This document shows, piece after piece, positions 21,524-30,394 of a stretch of DNA of 64,000 bases. Position numbers and translations under genes: made by a program. The notes beneath the pieces are model-generated. The model did not search any database. It saw only the letters and a program-made list of their open reading frames with translations, and had not been told where the DNA came from. Positions within the stretch are counted from its first letter, which is position 1. The number at the start of each line of letters is the position of its first letter. This DNA comes from an uncultured delta proteobacterium (GTDB lineage Bacteria > Myxococcota > Myxococcia > Myxococcales > Anaeromyxobacteraceae), in assembly GCA_963814585.1 (NCBI GenBank), contig CAWFDF010000004.1, positions 288,001 through 352,000 on the forward strand. The letters are read 5' to 3'.

Positions 21524-22348
21524 GTGAGCCCACGGGTCGTCGTCACCCTGACCGCCGCCGACCTCGAGCGCGAGCGGCCCAACCTCGAGCGTGGCTCGGT
21601 CGTCGGCGCGGGCGTGGCCGGCCTCGAGCGGGGCGCCTTCTGCGACGTCGAGCTGGTCTTCCCGACCGGCGCGCGGATGACGGTGCCGGCCCGCGCCGTC
21701 CTCACCTCCGAGGCCAGCACCGTCTTCGCCTTCGACGCCTTCGATCGCGAGGCGCTCGGGCGTCACCTCGCCGCCTCGGCACCGGCCGCCGCGCCCACGC
21801 CCACGTCCACGCCCACGTCCACGCCCACGTCCACGCCCACGTCCACGTCCACGCCCACGCCGCCCACGTCCACGCCCACGTCCACGCCCACGTCCACGCC
21901 CACGGCCGCCCCGATCGACGAGGATGTGGCGCCGGAGGACGCCCCCCCGGCGAGCGTCCAGGAACGGCTCCGCGGCCTCCCGGTCACGGAGCAGCTGCGC
22001 GTCGCCCGCGACGGCAGCATCACCGAGCGCATCGTCCTCGAGCGGCTCTACGGCAAGGTGGTCTGGGAGGCCCTGCTCCGGAACACGCGCATCACCGTCC
22101 CCGAGGTCTCGCGCCTCGCCAAGATGGGCACCCTGCCCCGCCCGCTCCTCGAGCTCATCCTCGGGAACCCCGCCTGGCTGCAGGTCCCCCAGATCCGCCG
22201 CGCCCTCCTCGCCAACCCCCGCCTCTCCCAGGACATGGTCCACAAGGTGCTCCAGCTCCTCTCCCGCGACGAGCTGCAGCTGGTGCCCCAGGTCACCGCC
22301 TATCCCGGGGCGGTGCGGATGGCGGCGAAGGGGATGCTGCGGAGGTAG
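21524..22348 (+). CDS. Hypothetical protein with Pro/Thr/Ser linker and helical-repeat C-terminal domain
   Basis: GC3-rich ORF; repeated ALL.NP/ALLRN motifs in the C-terminal half. Confidence 0.7.
   Translation: MSPRVVVTLTAADLERERPNLERGSVVGAGVAGLERGAFCDVELVFPTGARMTVPARAVLTSEASTVFAFDAFDREALGRHLAASAPAAAPTPTSTPTSTPTSTPTSTSTPTPPTSTPTSTPTSTPTAAPIDEDVAPEDAPPASVQERLRGLPVTEQLRVARDGSITERIVLERLYGKVVWEALLRNTRITVPEVSRLAKMGTLPRPLLELILGNPAWLQVPQIRRALLANPRLSQDMVHKVLQLLSRDELQLVPQVTAYPGAVRMAAKGMLRR
21793..21904 (+). repeat. Coding tandem repeat, unit CCCACGTCCACG (Pro-Thr-Ser-Thr), about 9 imperfect copies
   Basis: Directly visible 6/12-bp periodicity. Confidence 0.9.
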
Positions 22349-22456
22349 CGCTGGGCGCCTCCCGGTCGCCGCCCCTCCGCCCGGGCAGGTCCTGCGCCAC
22401 CACCCCCTCATCGAATCCGAGGCGCCCCGGCCGCCGTCCGCATAGACTCCCCCCCC

Positions 22457-23755
22457 ATGAAGAACTGGGAGAAGAACCAGGAAGTCCAGAAGCGGGCGCA
22501 GCGCGTGCTGCCGCTCGGCGTGAACTCCAACTTCCGCCACTGGGGCGAGGGGCTCACGCCCTACGTGAAGCGGGCCAAGGGCGCCCACCTCTGGGACGTC
22601 GGCGGCAACGAGTTCATCGACTACCGGCTGGCGTTCGGGCCCATCATCCTGGGCCACGCCTTCGACGCCGTGGACCAGAAGGTCATCGAGGAGGTCCGCC
22701 ACGGCGTCCTCTTCGCCATGACCGGCGAGCTGGAGATCGACGTCGCCGAGATGATCGTGGAGATGTGCCCGGGCGTGGAAATGGTGCGCATGGCCTGCTC
22801 CGGCACCGAGGCCACCATGCACGCCATTCGCGTGGCGAGGGCCTACACCGGGCGCGAGCTGCTCCTCAAGTTCGAGGGCAACTACCACGGCTTCCACGAC
22901 CACGCCCTCTGGAGCACCTACGCGCCCGCCGACGCCTACGGCAGCCGCCGCAGCCCCATCCCCATCGCCGCCTCCTCGGGCATCCCGCGCGTCCTCGGCG
23001 AGAAGATCATCACCCTGCCCTTCAACGACTTCGAGGGCTTCGAGCGGGTGATGCGCTCCTTCGGCGACCAGATCGCGGCGGTCATCAGCGAGCCCTGCCA
23101 GGGCAACTGCGGGGCCATCATGCCCCAGCCCGGCTTCCTGGAGCTGATCCGGAAGCGGACCACCGAGCACGGCGCGCTCTTCATCCTCGACGAGGTGAAG
23201 ACCGGCTTCCGCATCGCCAACGGCGGCGCGCAGGAACTCTACGGCCTACGGCCCGATCTCGCCACCTACGCCAAGGCGCTCGGCAACGGTTACCCGGTGG
23301 CAGCGCTCGGCGGCACCCGCGAGGTCATGAGCATCATCGGCCAGGGCGTCTCGCAGGGCGGGACCTACACCAACAACAAGGCGGGCATCGCCGGAGCCTG
23401 GGCCACCCTGAAGATCCTCCGGGCCGAGCCGGTCATCGAGACCATCACCCGGCGCGGCACCCGGCTCATGCAGGGGCTCCAGCGGATCTTCGCCGAGAAC
23501 GGCGAGCAGGTCGTGATGAGCGGCTACCCGGGGATGTTCTCCTTCGCCCTCGGCGTCGACGCGGTCACCTGCCAGCGCGACTGGGCGAGGAGCGACCGGG
23601 AGCGGCTGCTCCGGCTCGCCGAGGCCGCCATGGAGCGCGGGGTCATGCCCGACTACGACCCCCGCGAGCCCTGGTTCCTCAGCTACTCGCACAGCGAGGC
23701 CGACATCGACCGGACGCTCGAGGTCTACGCCGAGATCGTGAAGCGGGTGAAGTAG
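22457..23755 (+). CDS. Glutamate-1-semialdehyde aminomutase-like class III aminotransferase (HemL paralog)
   Basis: GVNSNFR, SGTEATMHAIRVARAYTGR, KFEGNYHG, DEVKTGFR, YAKALG. Confidence 0.8.
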   Translation: MKNWEKNQEVQKRAQRVLPLGVNSNFRHWGEGLTPYVKRAKGAHLWDVGGNEFIDYRLAFGPIILGHAFDAVDQKVIEEVRHGVLFAMTGELEIDVAEMIVEMCPGVEMVRMACSGTEATMHAIRVARAYTGRELLLKFEGNYHGFHDHALWSTYAPADAYGSRRSPIPIAASSGIPRVLGEKIITLPFNDFEGFERVMRSFGDQIAAVISEPCQGNCGAIMPQPGFLELIRKRTTEHGALFILDEVKTGFRIANGGAQELYGLRPDLATYAKALGNGYPVAALGGTREVMSIIGQGVSQGGTYTNNKAGIAGAWATLKILRAEPVIETITRRGTRLMQGLQRIFAENGEQVVMSGYPGMFSFALGVDAVTCQRDWARSDRERLLRLAEAAMERGVMPDYDPREPWFLSYSHSEADIDRTLEVYAEIVKRVK

Positions 23756-24004
23756 CGGCGCGAGCGCGAGCGGCCCGTACCCCGTCGAACGGCCCGCTGC
23801 GGCCGCTCCGGGGGCCGCGCAGTCATCCCTCTGACGGGGGGCTACGCGGGGCTCCAGCGCATCGCCGGAGCCATGCGATCGTGCATGGCCAGGGCAGCCC
23901 CGCATGACTCGAAAGAGTCAGCGGTCGGGCCAGAACGACGCAACACGTTGAAGTTCCACATACCCGATTGGGGTCAGGCCTGCCTCTTCCGGTCGAATGA
24001 CTCG

Positions 24005-24020
24005 TGGCACGTCTGGTGCT
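24005..24020 (+). promoter_or_regulatory. sigma54 -24/-12 promoter
   Basis: TGGCACG-TCTG-GTGCT, one mismatch to TGGCACG-N4-TTGCW, about 70 nt upstream of the ATG at 24088. Confidence 0.7.
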
Positions 24021-24087
24021 CTTATATGGCCACATCGTTCGGGTTTTTGGAAACCCGGGCCCCACCCGAATCAAACCCAGGCACCAC

Positions 24088-26403
24088 ATGGAACTCTCAA
24101 TCCAGCTCCCCGAGCGGACCGAGCCCGCCCGGCGGGACGCGAACCCGGCTACCGCCGTGACCAAGCTCGACCCCCTCGTCGCCGCCCAGGCCGAGGCAAC
24201 CCGGTACCTCAAGCGGATCGTCGCCCTCCAGGCCCGCTACCGGGCCGGCGACATCCACGTCAACGTGCCACCCCGCTTCGCCGATCCCGAGACCCTGCTC
24301 GAGAAGGCCGTGGCCCGCGACCTGCCGGCCAGCCAGGCGGCCCTCGACGCCGCCGGCAACGGCCTCTTCAGCTCCCTCCCGGTCGCCTTCGACCCGGCCG
24401 AGAGCGTGGGGCCCTACCTGGCCACCGTCGACCGCGACGCCTCTGGCGAGCCCTACCGCTTCATGGACCTCGGGGCGCTCATCGCCACCCAGCCGTTCGG
24501 CGAGAACGACACCGAGGTGGTGGCCAGCGTGCTGCGCGGCCTCCCCTTCGTGGCGTCGCGCTACGCCCACTCCGAGTACCAGACCACCCTGTCGCTCAAG
24601 GTCAAGGCGGCGCTGGGCAAGATCGCCCCGGCCGGGACGCCACGCTTCTTCATGGTCAACACCGGCGCCGAGGCGGTCGAGAACGCCATCAAGGCCGTCC
24701 TCCTCAACCGGGTCAAGATGAGCCCGGCCGACCCCGGCCAGCCCGAGGCGGCGGCCGACAAGCAGGGCTTCTTCATCGTCCCCTTCGAGGGGGCCTTCCA
24801 CGGCCGCACCCTCGGGAGCCTCGCCGCCACGCACAAGCGCAAGGCGCGCCTCGGCTTCCCCACCTTCGACTGGCCGCACGCCCTCTTTCCGGTGGAGGAC
24901 CCGCGCTCCAAGTGGCGGACGCAGCGGCGCGACGAGAAGAGCCTCGAGCAGGTCTGGACGCTGCTGGTGACCGGCCGGGTCACCGGCGCGCCGCGGCCGC
25001 TCGAGCAGTTCCGCCGCCAGCTCAAGGCCTGCGACGAGCTCCTGGCCCGCCTCCCCGCCGACCGCTCGGCCTGGCCGGCCATGGTCCAGCAGTTCGTGGA
25101 GCTGCAGCGGGCGCTCATCGATCCCGCCGTGATCAAGCGCGCCCAGCGCGTCGCCGGCGTCCTCGTCGAGCCCATCCAGTGCGAGGGCGGCCTCAAGTTC
25201 GCCTCCTCCAGCTTCTTCCAGCGCCTCCGGCTGCTGACCCGCATCTACGACGTGCCGCTCATGTTCGACGAGGTCCAGACCGGGTGGGGCGCCACCGGGA
25301 AGCTCTGGGCCCACGATCTCTTCGACCTGCCCTGCCCGCCCGACGTGGTGATCTGGGCCAAGAAGGCGCAGAACGGCGTCCTCTTCGTCAGCGAGGACCT
25401 GGCCACGTTCTTCCAGGAGGAGAAGAAGTTCAACACCACCTGGGAGGGCGACTCGGTCGGCATGCTCCGGCTCCTCGGCTACCTCGAACGGCTCGACCTC
25501 GAGCAGGTGCGCCGCACCGGCGCGCTGGCCCGCGAGGGGCTGGATCAGCTGGCCAAGGACTACAAGGACCTGCTCCAGAACGTCCGCGGCCAGGGCTGCA
25601 TGCTCGCCATCGACGTGGTCCGCGCCGACTGGCGCGAGTGGCTGCGGGAGCGCGCCTTCCGCAACGGCCTGATCCTGCTGCCGGCCGGCGATCGATCGCT
25701 GCGCTTCTACCCGCGGTACGACATGGAGCCGTCGGCCATCCTGGAGGCGCTGGCCATCCTGCGGCACTCGGTGACCGACCTGGTCGGCGCGCCGGCCCCG
25801 GCCAGCGTGGCGGACGGCCCCGAGGTGCGCCCCGGCGCCATCGACGTCCCGCCCGGGACGCTCGAGATCGTCGACCTGAACGGCCCGGCCACCAAGCAGC
25901 TCATGCCGCAGGTGCACGAGCTCGAGGACGAGCAGTATGGCTCCACCGACGGCCGCCGGCCGCTCCTCCAGTACCCGGCGGAGACCCTGGAGGCGACGCT
26001 CGGCCACCTGCGCGCCGTCGGCGTCGGGCTGCGCGACCGGGTCTCCGGCCGGCTCGTCGCCTACGCCATCGGCAGCCCGCTCGAGAACCACGACGAGCTC
26101 GGCGTCCGCGACGACCCCAACTACGGCGACAACAACGCCATCTACCTCCAGGCCGTGGCCATCTCGCCGCAGCTCAAGAACCAGGCCGAGGTGGAGGGGC
26201 TGATCCTCGACGCCTTCCGGGCCCGGGCCGAGTGGCTGGGCTTCGTCTCGCTCTCCTCGCTCATCGAGTCCCGCGTGGTCCAGGCCGGCCCGGCCTGGCT
26301 GAAGGCGGCCACGGTGGTCGAGACCATCGAGAACTACATGCAGAGCGGAGTCCAGTTCGTCTACCTGCGGTCGTCCCTCGAGACGCCGCCCACGGAGGGA
26401 TGA
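24088..26403 (+). CDS. Lysine-6/GABA-type class III aminotransferase fused to a C-terminal GNAT-like domain
   Basis: GAEAVENAIK, AFHGR, FPTFDWP, EPIQCEGG, DEVQTG, AKKAQ, NTTW; extra ~190 aa with GRLVAYAIG and IYLQAVAISP. Confidence 0.78.
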   Translation: MELSIQLPERTEPARRDANPATAVTKLDPLVAAQAEATRYLKRIVALQARYRAGDIHVNVPPRFADPETLLEKAVARDLPASQAALDAAGNGLFSSLPVAFDPAESVGPYLATVDRDASGEPYRFMDLGALIATQPFGENDTEVVASVLRGLPFVASRYAHSEYQTTLSLKVKAALGKIAPAGTPRFFMVNTGAEAVENAIKAVLLNRVKMSPADPGQPEAAADKQGFFIVPFEGAFHGRTLGSLAATHKRKARLGFPTFDWPHALFPVEDPRSKWRTQRRDEKSLEQVWTLLVTGRVTGAPRPLEQFRRQLKACDELLARLPADRSAWPAMVQQFVELQRALIDPAVIKRAQRVAGVLVEPIQCEGGLKFASSSFFQRLRLLTRIYDVPLMFDEVQTGWGATGKLWAHDLFDLPCPPDVVIWAKKAQNGVLFVSEDLATFFQEEKKFNTTWEGDSVGMLRLLGYLERLDLEQVRRTGALAREGLDQLAKDYKDLLQNVRGQGCMLAIDVVRADWREWLRERAFRNGLILLPAGDRSLRFYPRYDMEPSAILEALAILRHSVTDLVGAPAPASVADGPEVRPGAIDVPPGTLEIVDLNGPATKQLMPQVHELEDEQYGSTDGRRPLLQYPAETLEATLGHLRAVGVGLRDRVSGRLVAYAIGSPLENHDELGVRDDPNYGDNNAIYLQAVAISPQLKNQAEVEGLILDAFRARAEWLGFVSLSSLIESRVVQAGPAWLKAATVVETIENYMQSGVQFVYLRSSLETPPTEG

Positions 26404-26406
26404 GGC

Positions 26407-27891
26407 ATGCCCCGCAACGACGAGCCGGCCCCGATCCTCATCGGCGGCCAGTGGGAGGCCGCGCGCGCCAGGGCGACGCGGGAGATCCGGAACCCGGCCA
26501 CCGGCGACCTGGTCGGGGTGGCGGCGGACTGCGGCGCGGAGGACGTCGACCGCGCGGTCCGCGCCGCCCGCCAGGCCCAGGCGGCCTGGGGGAAGGTCCC
26601 GGGGGTGGAGAAGGCCATCACGCTCCGCAAGGTCGGCGAGGCCATCCGCCACATGGGGAAGGACCTCGCCACGCTCATGACCCGCGAGACCGGCAAGCCG
26701 CTCATCGAGTCGATGGACTGCGTCGAGTGGGTGGCGGCCTGCTTCGAGTACTACGCCGAGGTGGGCCGGGCCAGCCGGGGCAACTCGATCCCGCCGGTGG
26801 CGCCGCACCAGCTCAACTTCACCATCAAGGAGCCCTACGGCGTGGTGGCGGCCATCGTGCCGTTCAACTTCCCGCTGCTGCTCATGGCGTGGAAGGTGGC
26901 GCCGGCGCTGGCCGCCGGCAACACGGTGGTGTGCAAGCCGCCGCACCAGAACCCGCTCTCCAGCCTGATGATGGCCAGGGCCTTCGAGCTGCTGCCGCCG
27001 GGCGTGGTCAACGTGGTCACCGGCGACGGCCGGGGCGCCGGCGAGGCGCTGCTCCAGCACCCCGGCGTGGACCTCGTCGCCTTCACCGGCTCCACCGAGG
27101 TGGGCCGGCACATCGCCGCCGAGGCGGGCCGGCAGCTGAAGAAGGTCAACCTCGAGCTGGGCGGCATCGACCCGTTCATCGTCTTCGCCGACGCCGACCT
27201 CGACGTCGCGGTGAAGGCGGTGGCCTGGGCGCGGCTCCTCAACGCCGGCCAGGTCTGCACCTCCTCCAAGCGGATCTACCTGGTAAAGGAGATCGCCCGG
27301 GAGTTCACGGCCCGGCTCGTCGAGTACGTGAAGACGCTCCGGGTGGGCGATCCCATGCAGGGGGACACCGACGTCGGCCCGCTCATCAGCGCCGACGCGG
27401 TGCGGAAGGTCGCCGGCCAGGTGCAGCGGTCGATGAGCGAGGGGGCGAGGCTCCTCCTCGGCGGGAGGCCCATGCCGGGCCCTGGCCACTTCTTCGCCCC
27501 CACCATCCTCGCCGACGTCCTCCACGGCAGCCTGCCGACCACCGAGGAGATCTTCGGCCCGGTGATCTCGCTCATCGTGGCCGATGACGCCGAGGCGGCC
27601 ATCCGCATGGCCAACGACTCCAGCTACGGCCTCGGCGCCATCGTCTACACCAGGAGCCTCGAGCTGGCCCTGCACGCCATGGACAGCATCAAGGCCGGGA
27701 CCTTCTGGGTGAACGACCCGCTCACCGACAACGACGCCGGCCCCTTCGGCGGCATGCGCTGGAGCGGGATGGGGCGCGAGCTCGGCGAGGAGGGGCTCGA
27801 CGCCTTCCGCGAGGCCAAGCACGTGCACATCGACTACGTCCAGGAGGTGAAGCCCTTCTGGTTCCCCAACAAGAACCGGGAGGTCACGTGA
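26407..27891 (+). CDS. NAD-dependent aldehyde dehydrogenase
   Basis: PFNFP, FTGSTEVG, LELGG, NAGQVC (catalytic Cys), EEIFGP. Confidence 0.93.
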   Translation: MPRNDEPAPILIGGQWEAARARATREIRNPATGDLVGVAADCGAEDVDRAVRAARQAQAAWGKVPGVEKAITLRKVGEAIRHMGKDLATLMTRETGKPLIESMDCVEWVAACFEYYAEVGRASRGNSIPPVAPHQLNFTIKEPYGVVAAIVPFNFPLLLMAWKVAPALAAGNTVVCKPPHQNPLSSLMMARAFELLPPGVVNVVTGDGRGAGEALLQHPGVDLVAFTGSTEVGRHIAAEAGRQLKKVNLELGGIDPFIVFADADLDVAVKAVAWARLLNAGQVCTSSKRIYLVKEIAREFTARLVEYVKTLRVGDPMQGDTDVGPLISADAVRKVAGQVQRSMSEGARLLLGGRPMPGPGHFFAPTILADVLHGSLPTTEEIFGPVISLIVADDAEAAIRMANDSSYGLGAIVYTRSLELALHAMDSIKAGTFWVNDPLTDNDAGPFGGMRWSGMGRELGEEGLDAFREAKHVHIDYVQEVKPFWFPNKNREVT

Positions 27892-29120
27892 GCCAGCGAG
27901 AGCCCGCCGGGAGCACCCCTCGCACCTTCGCCGTCGTCGGCGGCGCCGGCGCCATGGGCCGGATCACCGTCCGCGACCTGGTGGAGACCTGCGCCCTCAC
28001 CGACGAGGTCCTGATCGCCGACTACGATCTCGAGAAGGCCGCCGCGCTGGCGGCCTCCTTCCAGGGTGGCCCGTACCCCCGGGTGCGTGCGGTCCGGATC
28101 GACGTCACCGACCACGCCGCGGCGGCCCGGGCGCTGGCCGGCGCCTTCGTGGTCGTGAACGCGGTCCAGTACCAGCTCAACCTCGACGTGATGGAGGGGG
28201 CGCTCGCGGCCGGGGCCCACTACGTGGACATGGGCGGCCTCTTCCACGTGACCCGCCGGCAGCTGGAGCTCGACGGCCGGTTCCAGGCCGCTGGCCTGAC
28301 CGCCGTCCTGGGCATGGGCGCGGCGCCGGGGATCGCCAACCTGCTGGCGCGCCACGGCGCCGAGCGGCTCGACGAGGTCCGCGAGATCCACCTCCGCGTG
28401 GGCGGGATGGACGAGACCCGCTACGACGGGGTCCCGGCCCTGGCCGTCTCCTACTCGCTCAAGACCATCCTCGAGGAGTTCTCGATGGAGCCGGCCGTCT
28501 TCACGAAGGGCCAGTTCACCTTCGTGGAGCCCATGTCGGGAGCGACGCCGCATCGCTTCCCGCCACCGGTCGGCCTGCGGCGCCCGATGTTCACCATCCA
28601 CTCCGAGGTGGCGACGCTCCCGCTCACCTACAAGGAGCGTGGGGTGCAGGAGGTGAGCTTCAAGATCGCCTTCGACCCAGAGTTCGTCGACCGGGTCCGG
28701 TTCCTGCGCGACCTCGGCATGGCCTCCCACGACCCCATCGACGTGGCCGGCGTGAAGGTGAGGCCCATCGACGTGGTGAACAAGGTGGCGATGAGCCAGC
28801 GGCCGGCGAGGCAGGTCGGCAAGCTCAAGCAGTACGAGGTGGTCCGCGCCATCGTGAAGGGCAGCAGCCGGGGCAAGAAGGTCACCTGGGTCGTCGATCT
28901 CCACACCCGCGGCATGCCCGAGTGGGGAATCGGCCTGGACATCGACACCGGCTCGCCTCCGGCCGTCGCCGCGCAGATGCTGGCGGCCGGGGAGATCACC
29001 GTGACCGGCGCGGTGCCGCCCGAGGTGGCGGTGCCCTGCGAGCCGTTCTTCGGGCGGCTGAAGCGCCGGAAGATGCGGGTCGTGGCCACGCGAAAGGCCG
29101 GCTGGAGCTTCGCGACCTGA
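27888..29120 (+). CDS. Saccharopine dehydrogenase-like NAD(P)-dependent oxidoreductase
   Basis: GGAGAMG, HYVDMGG, GMGAAPG, HSEVATLP, GAVPPE. Confidence 0.85.
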   Translation: MSQREPAGSTPRTFAVVGGAGAMGRITVRDLVETCALTDEVLIADYDLEKAAALAASFQGGPYPRVRAVRIDVTDHAAAARALAGAFVVVNAVQYQLNLDVMEGALAAGAHYVDMGGLFHVTRRQLELDGRFQAAGLTAVLGMGAAPGIANLLARHGAERLDEVREIHLRVGGMDETRYDGVPALAVSYSLKTILEEFSMEPAVFTKGQFTFVEPMSGATPHRFPPPVGLRRPMFTIHSEVATLPLTYKERGVQEVSFKIAFDPEFVDRVRFLRDLGMASHDPIDVAGVKVRPIDVVNKVAMSQRPARQVGKLKQYEVVRAIVKGSSRGKKVTWVVDLHTRGMPEWGIGLDIDTGSPPAVAAQMLAAGEITVTGAVPPEVAVPCEPFFGRLKRRKMRVVATRKAGWSFAT

Positions 29121-29222
29121 TCCGCCGGCGGCCGGTGGGCGTCGCGGGCCTCCCTTGCCGATCGCGGGCCGCCGGCCCCGGGCCGGGCGCCCCCCGAACG
29201 CCACCCGGCCGCGCGGGCGTGC

Positions 29223-29594
29223 TCAGCGGGACGCCAGCTGCTGCTCGCACTCCGCCTTCAGCTGGAGCCGGCGGAGCTTCCGCCTCGCGTCGCGGGGGGC
29301 CAGGGCGTCGTACTCCTTGCCGTGGAGGCGCTGCTCGATGCACGCAGCGACGTCCGGATCGGTCTTCTCCACGACTCGCGGGGGCTTGGGGGGAAGGAAG
29401 TCGTTGACGACGGGAGCGGGGCTGGCCCTGGTCGTGGCCGGACCCGGCCCGCCCGGGCCCTGGGCCGGCGGCGGCGTGGCGCCGGGCTTCGTGCTGGACG
29501 GCTCGCCGCAGGCTGCCAGGAGCGCGGCGAGGAGCAGGGCGCCGCGCCGGCGCAGGATGGTGCCGCGATTCGGGGAGGTGGAAGCCTGGCTCAT
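29223..29594 (-). CDS. Hypothetical lipoprotein
   Basis: Lipobox LLAAC; start overlaps the upstream stop (ATGA). Confidence 0.65.
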   Translation of the reverse strand: MSQASTSPNRGTILRRRGALLLAALLAACGEPSSTKPGATPPPAQGPGGPGPATTRASPAPVVNDFLPPKPPRVVEKTDPDVAACIEQRLHGKEYDALAPRDARRKLRRLQLKAECEQQLASR

Positions 29595-30394
29595 GGCAGC
29601 TCCTTGGCGGGCACGACGCAGGCGTCGCAGTTCGTTCCATGCTGGTTGCTCTCGTCGAGCCGGATGGGCGTCGGCCCTCCCTCCCGCACCTCGGTCCAGA
29701 GGAGCCACCCGGGCGTGGCCACGCTGTCGGCCGGGACCCGTTCGGTGAGCGCGACCAGCGCGTATCGCCCCGGGGCCAGCGGTGCCACGAAGCTCCCGGA
29801 CGCATCGGTCCGGATCGGCGGGACCACCGAGCTGAGCCCCTGGGCGAAGTAGCCGGCTTCCCGGAAGTGGCGGACCTCCCGCTGCAGCTCGTCGAAGGCC
29901 CGCTCCAGGTCGTCGGAGCGCCGGGCGGCCCGGGTGGCGCGGGCGTAGGCGGCCTTCTTGCGGGCGAACAGCTCCTGGTGGAGGGCGTTGACCTCCCCGG
30001 GGTCGCGCGGCCGCCGCAGCAGGACCTCGACCCGCCGGTACAGGTCGTTGTCGTTGGCCGCCTTCCAGGCCTGGCTGGTGGAGTCCGCCTCGGCCAGCGC
30101 GACCCGGGCCTCCTGGCGCGCCCGCTCGCGCGCCCGGGCGCTCCGGGCCAGCGCCGCGCGAGCCTCGCCGAGGCGGGCCGTGACGTGGTCGATCATGGTG
30201 GCCTCCGGGACGATCAGGACCTCGACGGCCGGCCGGGCGTCGCCGGCGCCGGGCGCCTCGATCGCCACCCGCCCCGTGAGGCCAGGGCCCCGAGGCGCCT
30301 CCACCGCGGCCCGCCCGGGCTCCGGAGGGGACGAGCAGGCGCACGAGGACGCGCCCAGCGCCACGAGGAGGCGAAGTGCCCCGCGGAGCCTCAC
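29591..30394 (-). CDS. Hypothetical lipoprotein with coiled-coil insertion in a carboxypeptidase-regulatory-like beta domain
   Basis: Signal with Cys (SSCAC), helical middle, TDASGSF..LAPGRY; GTG start overlaps the protease stop. Confidence 0.55.
   Translation of the reverse strand: MRLRGALRLLVALGASSCACSSPPEPGRAAVEAPRGPGLTGRVAIEAPGAGDARPAVEVLIVPEATMIDHVTARLGEARAALARSARARERARQEARVALAEADSTSQAWKAANDNDLYRRVEVLLRRPRDPGEVNALHQELFARKKAAYARATRAARRSDDLERAFDELQREVRHFREAGYFAQGLSSVVPPIRTDASGSFVAPLAPGRYALVALTERVPADSVATPGWLLWTEVREGGPTPIRLDESNQHGTNCDACVVPAKELP

Noticed and set aside
21793..21904. CRISPR array, or a His-rich (HAHVHAHV) metal-binding protein in another frame
   Set aside because: It is a contiguous 6/12-bp tandem repeat with no spacers and no cas genes. 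The His-rich reading lies in a shadow frame of low-complexity Arg/Pro/Gly sequence.
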